Source: a bacterium (GTDB lineage: Bacteria; SAR324; JACQKK01). From it: a stretch of 64,000 bases of DNA. The first letter of the stretch is position 1, and the number at the start of each line of letters is the position of its first letter. The notes below the pieces were generated by a model. That model saw only the letters and a list, made by a program, of their open reading frames with translations, was not told the origin of the DNA and did not search any database. This document shows, piece by piece, positions 8,317 to 16,789 of this stretch. Location: NCBI GenBank assembly GCA_965240465.1, contig OZ251219.1, positions 384,001 through 448,000 of the forward strand, read 5' to 3'. A program made the position numbers and the translations under genes.

Positions 8317-10254
8317 TTATTCCTCTTCAGATACTCCTCCAGCAACAGCACTGGCAAATTCACCCGAGAAGTCATCACGAACAGTAGAACGACGCCTAGA
8401 GAAGGTAGCAAAAGCCTGATCTTGGAAGCCTGATGAAATAGAATACAAGAATTCATTTAACACATTGGCCATGTTCATCATGGTTGCCCCCTTGCGTTTG
8501 ATGGTTACGATATTGACATCTAAGACCAACCCAGCATTGATATGGAAAGGATTCACCTGAGCAGTAAAGCGGCGATATTCTTTGAAGAGGAATTCCAAGC
8601 GATTACTTAACAGTACTCCGACGGTATTATCGGGTCGGTTATCAAAGACGCGTGCGAGGATTGTTTCCATTGGAGCAAAGCGATTTTGTATCTCTCTAGT
8701 ACGATTTTGTAGGGTAGGATTAATGGCAGCAAATTCAGTTTCATCAGCTTCAACAAAGACCAGTTCGTTCCATTTTCTGCCTTTATCATCAGTATTATCG
8801 TCAGATTTTGCTTGGACATTTTCCAGTTCTCCTTCTTCTTCTTCTAAATCAAGTTCTTCTTCTTCTTCTCCTCCTAGTAGGTATTTCAACCAGCCGGGTC
8901 TTTTATCTTGCAATCGTCCTCCGAGCAAACGACTGGAAAAACCTTCCCAGTTTTCTTCATTTATATCTTTTAAGTACTCGTTGTAGACTTCATCTATGAC
9001 ATTCCACAGTTCAGTAATGGTGCGTTCAAATTCATCTAGTTGTTGAAGATAGGCTTCTTGCAAGGCTCGCAATTGAGCGGTGGTGTAATGAGTTAAGCGT
9101 AATTCATAGCGTTCATCTGGCAGGGATTCCTCAAAGGTGTTCTCATATTCACGAATAATGAGATGACGGGAGGATTTATAGTTCTCAATATGCTGGTAGC
9201 CCATACGGCTCCAATCCAACACATGAGTGATAGAGTTGACAGCTGTGTTCCAGCCTCGGTTACGTAAATCTTCGCTATTAAGGATTTTTTCAACATTAGC
9301 CCGGATATCTAGGGGATCTGCCATATAATCTGCACTCATTCCCTCTACCAGCTGGTAAAAGTGCTTAGGTAACATGTTGTAGCGAGGAGAATTGTCTTCT
9401 TTTTCATCGGACACATATTTTTCCATCATACTGATGCGTTCAAAGATCATTTCTTCTGGATTCATTTCTGGTTTACCCTCATCCACCAGTTCATAGTTGG
9501 CACGTTCTACTTCTCTGTCGATCACCTCCCTAATACGCTTGGCGGTCAATTCTTTGAGCAAGAATCCCGCTGTTGCCTGATAAGGATAGACACGACTAAT
9601 AAGTTCTGCATCCAAGATATTGAGTGCCAGTTTCAATTCATAGACGGTAGTGGGTCTGGCGACCGAGTCTCGGAAGGAGCATTTAGCGATGGCATAAGCA
9701 TTTTCGCCGCGTACAAAGGCACCCACATCGGTTTTGCGTCTGAGCAAAGAGTTAGTATGGGTTTCTATGTCATTAATTTCTCTTTGTAGGTGTCCTTGCA
9801 AGTGTCCATAAACATTGGCGATGGATTTTTCAACTTCTCCGGTATTGAATTTTTCTGCACCGGCAATGCGATCCAGCAGGAAAGATATTGGTCGTGGGCT
9901 ATAGCGATTAAGGTTGCGATGTTCTTCGCGATCGACCAGATCTCGGACTTTTTTTCCTAGTTCATCTTCCACAGTGGTGAGATAGCGGTTCACCATATTT
10001 TGCAACGCCTGATTGTAATAGCTGTGCAATTTGGATTTAACTGTAGCTGAGACGTTCAAGCGTCCCAGTATTTCTGGTGGCAATTTGGCGTGGATATGGT
10101 TGAGGATTTTGTCTACTTCTTCGTCCATGAAGAGGCGTCCTTCGGCGTATTCATCACGTCCATCACGCATGATACTATTTCTAGAACCTACCGCGCTGGG
10201 GATTTCGGGGTGCATCACATTAGGTCCGTGGACAAGTGCTATCTGTTTATCCAT
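8317..10254 (-). CDS. cfpA: Cytoplasmic filament protein CfpA homolog (copy 1, canonical-like)
   Basis: Motifs recalled from Treponema CfpA: PNV.HPE.PSAVGSRNS, KFNTGEVEKS, YGHLQGH, DVGAFVRGENAY, RNRG.NTA.NSIT, LPDERY, MANVLNEFL, FSRRRSTVR; AAGGA RBS upstream. Confidence 0.9.
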   Translation of the reverse strand: MDKQIALVHGPNVMHPEIPSAVGSRNSIMRDGRDEYAEGRLFMDEEVDKILNHIHAKLPPEILGRLNVSATVKSKLHSYYNQALQNMVNRYLTTVEDELGKKVRDLVDREEHRNLNRYSPRPISFLLDRIAGAEKFNTGEVEKSIANVYGHLQGHLQREINDIETHTNSLLRRKTDVGAFVRGENAYAIAKCSFRDSVARPTTVYELKLALNILDAELISRVYPYQATAGFLLKELTAKRIREVIDREVERANYELVDEGKPEMNPEEMIFERISMMEKYVSDEKEDNSPRYNMLPKHFYQLVEGMSADYMADPLDIRANVEKILNSEDLRNRGWNTAVNSITHVLDWSRMGYQHIENYKSSRHLIIREYENTFEESLPDERYELRLTHYTTAQLRALQEAYLQQLDEFERTITELWNVIDEVYNEYLKDINEENWEGFSSRLLGGRLQDKRPGWLKYLLGGEEEEELDLEEEEGELENVQAKSDDNTDDKGRKWNELVFVEADETEFAAINPTLQNRTREIQNRFAPMETILARVFDNRPDNTVGVLLSNRLEFLFKEYRRFTAQVNPFHINAGLVLDVNIVTIKRKGATMMNMANVLNEFLYSISSGFQDQAFATFSRRRSTVRDDFSGEFASAVAGGVSEEE

Positions 10255-10389
10255 TATAATTCCTTAATAAATCACTACAATAAGAGGTCGTCCATGTTTT
10301 CACATTTAACAAAATAAGCCAAACAATTATTTATCAGCGTACACCTAGACCACCATTTTCACTCATATACAAATATTTTTCAAGTATTT

Positions 10390-12993
10390 TTAAGATTTTT
10401 TATTATAGCCATTTCTTTTGACTACATATTGGGCTATCGCCAATCGTGCTACTGGTATTCCCTGTGGCCTAGTAGCAACGAAATGCACCTTACTTTGGAA
10501 TGCAAACTCCATATTTTTAGTATCCTGGATGTTATCACTAGAGATACCAATTTGTAGATCAGGACGAGTTAATCTGCCCAAGTGAACCACAATGGATATT
10601 AATTCTTTTACTGGAGTAGAAAAAATTTCAAATGGATTGCCTTGCCAGATGTCATACTGAGTAAAAGCAGGCAAGAAAACATTCAAATCTTCGATAGTTA
10701 TTCCCGAGGCATTTTGAGTAAGTTTCATGGCATCTATCAGGAAGAAATCGGATTGCTTGGCTAAGTGGCCAGCCATCATGGCAGCTGCGGGTAGTTCAAT
10801 CACGGATCCGATGCGAAAATTGAAGGGCAATTCATTTAGTTTCCATTCTTTAAGCAGATCATCGATTACATTACGCATACCATCGATCACCGTACTTTCT
10901 ATGCTACGCCCGTATCGCAAGAAACGAAGTTCCGCATCTCCGACCACTCCTGGCACACACACACCTAGACAAACTTTTTTGTTTTTACTAATTTCATAGG
11001 CTGCCTTCAGCAAGGGGATTAATTGAAGCGTGTATAAATGCGGGTAATTTATTCCCATTCGACTACCACGCATACCCATCAAGGGATTAATGCTCTGCAT
11101 TTGATTTATTAAACTTAAAAGGCACTCCTCGCTGAGGTCGTCATATTTGCGAGCCACTTTTTCTACAAGTTTTTGGAGTTTTTCCTTATCAGAAGGGAAG
11201 AACGTGGTAGGCGGACCCTCCAACAGTCGTATCACCAACTGATTACCATCCAGCTTATTCAGCAATTCCTCAAACAGGGGCTGGATGGTTTCAGAAAATT
11301 GATCAGCAACCTGGTCAAAATGTTTGGGAGTATTCACCAGCAGTAGTAGCTCCTGAAATGGCTCCAGAGCAATAGAATCCTTGATAACCAAATCCATTGG
11401 ACACATGCCAATCCCCTGAGAGCCCAAACGCATGGCTGTGTCAATATCTGACAATTTAGACATCAAAGATGTAACGCGAAGATCACATGTTAGGTCAGAA
11501 ATATTTTTCACGTATTCTTCCAGCCCATTTTTGGATGTATCAGGGAAGATGAGATTAGCTTCCCCGATCCATATGGTGGGACTGGTATAAGTGGGTGCTT
11601 CCACCGAAATCGTATCCATTTCATTGATGCGATGTCCTCCTAGGGTAACATAGCCATCACCGAATTCAGCATCTGGGAATAGTACACAAGTTTTTTGCAA
11701 GCTGCGAGAAACCACTGGTGCATGAGAAGAATATCCACCTTCCGAGGCAATCACTCCGCGGCCCAGTTCAATGGATTCCACATCTTCTACATCAGTATGA
11801 GGCACCGCTAGGATCAGGGAAGGGGTTTGCCCTGCGAGTAGCATGTTGCGATGTTCGGCTAGTAATTTCTTAGTACTAAAACAGATTTTTCCCACCACCG
11901 CTCCCGGAGAACCGGTTAATCCACCAACGATTTTCTCAAGATTTTCAGCACTGGCATAATCAATAATCGGATGCAGTAGATCCTGAATTTGCTTGGGAGG
12001 TACAGACATAGCTAATTTTTCTTTGCTTATCAATCCTTTGGCGTATATATCCAACAGGGTACGGATTTCGGCTTGGGTAGATTTTTCTTCTACCGGCGAT
12101 TGATCCAACAACCACACCTTCTTTTCCTCAATGATAAATTTAATCTTGCGGATATCTAGATATTTTTCTTCCAGTTGTGTAGTTAACGCCTTTAGCTGCT
12201 CAAAATAATGGTTGTCTATTTTAGACAGCGGCATACCTTTATCCACGTCGATATCAAATTCGTTGTGCCCAAAGATTCCGTGTATTTGGTCTTTTCCAGT
12301 GACAATATCGCGAGAATAAATATATCCATTATAAGAATGCTCGCCGCTATTGCCATAGACCATGGCTTGTACTATCAACCCGGCTTCAATATCCTCATTC
12401 ACCCCACCTTCAGTATATTTAGACGCCATAGAGGTCAGTACTAGTTGCAGTTGCTGATAGCCGTCCTGAGGGAAATCGGGGACTAATTGTTTCCGACAAA
12501 GCTGGCAGATTTCTTGGATTGACCCTTGGGAAGATTTTTTAATTTCATCAAAATCCTCGCTATTTTTGTTCATAAAGCGGCTACCGATGGAACGCATTAG
12601 GTAGAAATACTCACCGTAGGCAAATTCACTGCCACAGCAATCAGAAAAACCCTTCACCACTTCATCGCTTAACCCCAGTGCATGGATGGAAGGCATAGTA
12701 ACAATTTGAATGGAAGGAGAAAGTACTACCTTGAACAGCATGGGATTGGCTGAAGAATTAAATTTTTTGTCAATACTACCCTCTATTTTTTCAACCGCTT
12801 CCTTGATGGCATCGATAGAGAAATCTTCTGCAAAATTTTTACCCCAAATCACCTCAGACGGAATTATAAATCCCGGTGAAATGGGAGCTTTGAGTGCTGC
12901 AAGCTCCATGAGATTTTTTCCACGAATACCGATCTGGTCACGAAGGTCAGTGCCTTCTTGGTATTCATTTTCGCTAAAGTGTAATATGTTCAT
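10390..12993 (-). CDS. Pyruvate,phosphate dikinase-like protein, probably catalytically degenerate
   Basis: PPDK architecture: PGFII, VQAMVYGN, LLHP, GSPGAVVGKI, GGYSSHAPVVSR (His424), IRLL, NPLMGMRGSR, IELP; many catalytic residues are substituted. Confidence 0.9.
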   Translation of the reverse strand: MNILHFSENEYQEGTDLRDQIGIRGKNLMELAALKAPISPGFIIPSEVIWGKNFAEDFSIDAIKEAVEKIEGSIDKKFNSSANPMLFKVVLSPSIQIVTMPSIHALGLSDEVVKGFSDCCGSEFAYGEYFYLMRSIGSRFMNKNSEDFDEIKKSSQGSIQEICQLCRKQLVPDFPQDGYQQLQLVLTSMASKYTEGGVNEDIEAGLIVQAMVYGNSGEHSYNGYIYSRDIVTGKDQIHGIFGHNEFDIDVDKGMPLSKIDNHYFEQLKALTTQLEEKYLDIRKIKFIIEEKKVWLLDQSPVEEKSTQAEIRTLLDIYAKGLISKEKLAMSVPPKQIQDLLHPIIDYASAENLEKIVGGLTGSPGAVVGKICFSTKKLLAEHRNMLLAGQTPSLILAVPHTDVEDVESIELGRGVIASEGGYSSHAPVVSRSLQKTCVLFPDAEFGDGYVTLGGHRINEMDTISVEAPTYTSPTIWIGEANLIFPDTSKNGLEEYVKNISDLTCDLRVTSLMSKLSDIDTAMRLGSQGIGMCPMDLVIKDSIALEPFQELLLLVNTPKHFDQVADQFSETIQPLFEELLNKLDGNQLVIRLLEGPPTTFFPSDKEKLQKLVEKVARKYDDLSEECLLSLINQMQSINPLMGMRGSRMGINYPHLYTLQLIPLLKAAYEISKNKKVCLGVCVPGVVGDAELRFLRYGRSIESTVIDGMRNVIDDLLKEWKLNELPFNFRIGSVIELPAAAMMAGHLAKQSDFFLIDAMKLTQNASGITIEDLNVFLPAFTQYDIWQGNPFEIFSTPVKELISIVVHLGRLTRPDLQIGISSDNIQDTKNMEFAFQSKVHFVATRPQGIPVARLAIAQYVVKRNGYNKKS

Positions 12994-13102
12994 GGATCAT
13001 ACTTTAATAAATAATATTCATGTTGTTCAGGAATTTAAGATGGATTAGACGGTAAAAACGTTCAAAAAACCAGGATTATACTTTATGGGATAACCATTCT
13101 TC

Positions 13103-13432
13103 CTAAAATAGAGGCAGAATCTTGTTCACATCTCTCTTGATGAAATTCTCATAACGCTGACTAGCCCCTTCAAATAGATAGCGTTTTAACTCAGCCACCC
13201 CTTTTATATCCTCACCGGACACGCTAATAAGGATTACATCTCCGTGTTTAACTTTTCCCCACTTAAAAAGAGCGTTGATGTTATTAATTTTTTGTCCATC
13301 ATGGAAAACATGTACATCTAGCCCAGCATATTCTTTTCTATAACTTTCAATGATATTTTTCCAAGCTTCCACATTTCCGTTGTGGAACAGTTCGTTGGTG
13401 ACTTGCACACTATATTTTGGTGTTACACGCAT
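13103..13432 (-). CDS. Small CfpA-cluster protein with apparent HPr-like fold
   Basis: VQVTNELFH ... DVHVFHDGQKIN ... VKHGDVILISVSGED parallels HPr V.NE.GLH ... DG..VN ... V..GD.I.I...G.D; in-frame stop just upstream of the ATG. Confidence 0.75.
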   Translation of the reverse strand: MRVTPKYSVQVTNELFHNGNVEAWKNIIESYRKEYAGLDVHVFHDGQKINNINALFKWGKVKHGDVILISVSGEDIKGVAELKRYLFEGASQRYENFIKRDVNKILPLF

Positions 13433-13580
13433 ATTTTGTTATATCCATGGTGGGAAAACCGGGTTTCTGGTGTTGCCGAAATTTTTCCTTAGGTTGGATA
13501 ATAAAATTTGCAACACGTACCAAAAACCACTACCAGCCAAGCAAAACCGCCATAAAATCAGTTGATGAACAAGGAAAGAA

Positions 13581-14087
13581 TTATAGGGTGGCCTCGCTTG
13601 CCTTTAAGCTACCATTAAATATTTGTGCTAGGACCCGAGCTGCTTTTTTTCCTTGCTTATTGTCTTTTTTTCTAGATTTAACATAAATCACCATTAATTC
13701 TTCATCATAAACATCCTGGACTCTTTCCCAGTGGTCATTGTTTTTAGGATTAATCAAGGTAACACCCTGTTGCGGATGATGATATGCCAATATAATATCT
13801 AAATCTTTCCAATCCAAGGTAGTTTTAGAAATGCCTTTGAAATCAGAGAATCTAATCGGCAGGTTTAGGGAAAGGTTTGCGTAGTTGGAGCGTTCGATCA
13901 ACACTGAATTGAGGATAGGACCGATTTGGGCTTTGTTTATTTGTCGTTCGTCCTCCAGTTTCATAACGATGTCAGCTAAGTTTTTCCCTTCTTTCATGCT
14001 TTTAATAATACCAGTCACCACTCGGAGGTGTTCCACTGATTTATTGAAGCCTGTAAGCGTACTTAGAGACAAGTAATCGTTAATCAT
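13581..14087 (-). CDS. Hypothetical protein of the CfpA cluster
   Basis: Open frame, co-oriented between cfpA-2 and the HPr-like gene; likely start MINDY at 14087; contains YHHPQQG.TLINPKN. Confidence 0.7.
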   Translation of the reverse strand: MINDYLSLSTLTGFNKSVEHLRVVTGIIKSMKEGKNLADIVMKLEDERQINKAQIGPILNSVLIERSNYANLSLNLPIRFSDFKGISKTTLDWKDLDIILAYHHPQQGVTLINPKNNDHWERVQDVYDEELMVIYVKSRKKDNKQGKKAARVLAQIFNGSLKASEATL

Positions 14088-14253
14088 AAGGTTGTCAATT
14101 TCCCTAAAAAGCAATAAACCTGCCTGAAAAAGGTTTTAGGTCCCTTTTTCGATCAGGTTATTGAAGAAGTTCATAAGTGCCTATTTCTTCTATTTTTTTT
14201 GAGTTGATGTTTTAGAATTTTTTTATCGGCAAAAGATTAACCTTTATCGGGCA

Positions 14254-16077
14254 TTAACCTTTAGCATCCGCGCTTTGTTCAAATACCTGAGAGAGTATTC
14301 TTTCTCCTATGACATTGGAGTGTCTATTTACACGGGCGACATGAGGATCAGTAAAGCCTTTGGAAATGAGGGTAAAGAATTGATTTAGGACATCACTCAT
14401 AGCATCTATGGTAACTCGGCGTCGTTTTACGCTGGTGATGCGGATTTCCAACAAGACACCCGGCTGTACTTGATAAGGATTAGCCTGTTCATTAAAGGAG
14501 ACGACACTATCCTCTAAGAAGTTGATACGATTTTCGGTAATTTCACGCTGTTCTGGGTGCCTGATACTGAAAGCATCTATCAATTGAGAGCGCAGGTATC
14601 GGAAGCGGATTTTGAAATCTTGGGTAAAATCTTCGTAGGTGCGGTGTATTTCTTCCATTTTACTGAGTTTACGTCGTACGAAAGTAATTTCATCCCATTG
14701 TTTTACTTGTTTTACAGGTTCTATAACACTTTCAAAGCGTCCGAGTGTACCTTTGACTACATCATTCCAGCCGTTCACATTTTGGGCACGCCTTTCTTCT
14801 TCACAGATGTCCAGTACGACGTTCTGCAAGTTGGAGATTTCTCTTTGCAATTCCAGCAATTGAGCGGTATAGGCGGATTTCAGTTCTCTAATTTGAAGGG
14901 CTCCGAGATAACGCATATCTATTTCGAAATGTTCATCTGGTAATAGGCGGGGGTTATTTTCTTCGTATTCACGAATAATCACATGTCGTGCCAGCTTATG
15001 ATTTTCTATTTGCTGGTAGCCCATTTGGCTATTATCCAGAATGGAAGTGATTGTGTTAACTGCGGTATTCCAGCCTCGGTTGCGCAGGGATTCTTTATCA
15101 AACAATTGATATAGACCTGCCGAGAAGGCTAGCGGATCATAATCAATGTCATTTCGGTTAATTTCGTGTTGTAGCATACTGATGCGTTCCATTAATTGTT
15201 CAGAGAACATTTTCTTACTTTTCTTGGAGCCGTGTCCTTCCACGAAGTTTTCCACATGTTTAATTTTTTCCATGACGGTTTCTTCAGGAGATAAGGACTC
15301 GTTTCCTTCTTTTTCAAGTTGTTCATTGATGGCATCGATTTCTTTATCTACTAGTTTTTGGATGTGCTGAGCAACAATGGTTTTCACCATAATTTGTGAC
15401 ACTATTTGGTAGCCATGGACGGAGCTAATGAGTTCAGAATCAAGGATATTGATGGAGAGTTTAATATCCACCACCTCTTCTGGTTTTCTATAGTTGTCTC
15501 TGATAGAGCCCTGTACTAGTCCGTAGCTATTGTTGCCGCTGATGAACTTGGCGATATCGGCTTGGCGAGTAAGGATACCGACTGTAGAAACCTCGCATTC
15601 ATTGATAGAGCGATGTATATGGCCTTGCAAGTGTCCCATGATGTTGACCATGGATTTTTCCACTTCGGCAGTGTTGAACAGGTTGGGATCACCTATTTGA
15701 TTAACCAACTCAACGATCTCGCGTGAGGTATATCGTAGGAGACCGCGATGTTCTTCTTTGTCAATCAGGTCGCGGACCTTCTTGCTCATTTCATCTTCGC
15801 TGGTGGTCAGGTAGCGGTTGACCATGTTTTGCATGGCTTGGTTGAAATAATCATGCAAATAAGACTTTATATTTCCCTGTACGGTCAGATCGTCTAGTAC
15901 TTCAGGGGGTAGACGGCTCTGGATATGGTTGAGTATTTTTTCTACTTCTTCATCAATAACCAATCTGGATTCGGTATATTCATCTCGTCGGTCGCGGTTT
16001 AGACTGTTGCGGGAGCCAACTGCACTGGGGACCTCTGGGTGCACATAATTAGGACCTTTTCTAAAATCACTAGACAT
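14254..16077 (-). CDS. cfpA: Cytoplasmic filament protein CfpA homolog (copy 2, divergent)
   Basis: PNYVHPEVPSAVGSRNS, QNMVNRYLTT, MGHLQGHI, NILDSELIS, RNRGWNTAVNTITSILD, LPDE; collinear with 8317..10254. Confidence 0.88.
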   Translation of the reverse strand: MSSDFRKGPNYVHPEVPSAVGSRNSLNRDRRDEYTESRLVIDEEVEKILNHIQSRLPPEVLDDLTVQGNIKSYLHDYFNQAMQNMVNRYLTTSEDEMSKKVRDLIDKEEHRGLLRYTSREIVELVNQIGDPNLFNTAEVEKSMVNIMGHLQGHIHRSINECEVSTVGILTRQADIAKFISGNNSYGLVQGSIRDNYRKPEEVVDIKLSINILDSELISSVHGYQIVSQIMVKTIVAQHIQKLVDKEIDAINEQLEKEGNESLSPEETVMEKIKHVENFVEGHGSKKSKKMFSEQLMERISMLQHEINRNDIDYDPLAFSAGLYQLFDKESLRNRGWNTAVNTITSILDNSQMGYQQIENHKLARHVIIREYEENNPRLLPDEHFEIDMRYLGALQIRELKSAYTAQLLELQREISNLQNVVLDICEEERRAQNVNGWNDVVKGTLGRFESVIEPVKQVKQWDEITFVRRKLSKMEEIHRTYEDFTQDFKIRFRYLRSQLIDAFSIRHPEQREITENRINFLEDSVVSFNEQANPYQVQPGVLLEIRITSVKRRRVTIDAMSDVLNQFFTLISKGFTDPHVARVNRHSNVIGERILSQVFEQSADAKG

Positions 16078-16440
16078 AATTTGCTACCTTTTTAATAGTG
16101 ATAAATTTTAATAAACTGTTGGAAATAGGGGCTCTACAGCATTGATGGTAATACACGATAGGTTACAAGTGATAAACGCTAGAGCTAGTATATTTCTAAT
16201 GGTGCTGTTTATCACTATCATTTAACATTGGAGAAATTCTCTAAATCAAACCTACCATAGAGCATTATACATAATCTGTGCTTATCTTTACTATAATTAA
16301 AGTAAAAAACAAATTCTTCAATCTCGTTTTACCATTTCTAGCAGGGTTTGGCTATACTTTATTAGGTTTTTGTGTTCGCTAAATCGGTTCTGATATTACT
16401 CTAAATACTTTCCTCACCGCACCCACCTATTCACCCTTCG

Positions 16441-16529
16441 CCGCACCTTCTCCACCGCACCTTCTCCACCGCACCTTCTCCACCGCACCTTCTCCACCGC
16501 ACCTTCTCCACCGCACCTTCGCACCTTCT
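16441..16529. repeat. 14-bp tandem repeat (ccgcaccttctcca), about 5.7 copies, in the divergent cfpA-2/ugd intergenic region
   Basis: Directly visible. Confidence 0.95.
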
Positions 16530-16789
16530 ACGCTGGCTCTCTACATTGTACCGTTTATGTAGAGCAATACAAGCATTTTATTAGAATTCTTATCTTTAAT
16601 TTCGGTAAATAATTTATTAAAACCCTGTCGTTGTCTATGAGGCAATCACCCACCTCCACTGATGAGGAACATTGTATCTTATCTTAATTATTAATAAACC
16701 TTAGACTTTCCTGTCTCTTGCTATACCCTCACAAAGAAATCTTGCAACAAAGATATTGAATAAATCATCCGTAAAACTTTCCTACAACC

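Noticed and set aside
8100-8456. 118-aa minus-strand ORF between cfpA-1 and gspL
   Set aside because: Overlaps the cfpA-1 3' end in another frame and runs through the terminator; no recognisable motifs.
10390-12993. Calling this a functional ppdK
   Set aside because: Key ATP-grasp and PEP-site residues, including the catalytic Cys, are substituted; gene symbol withheld.
13433-13580. Frameshift joining the two small CfpA-cluster ORFs
   Set aside because: There is an in-frame TAA just upstream of the 13432 ATG and the 148-nt gap does not look coding; treated as two genes.
14088-14174. Upstream in-frame ATG (MNFFNNLIEKGT-stop) suggesting readthrough into the hypothetical gene
   Set aside because: The stop is TAA, other genes here use TAA as a normal stop, and a plausible start exists at 14087.
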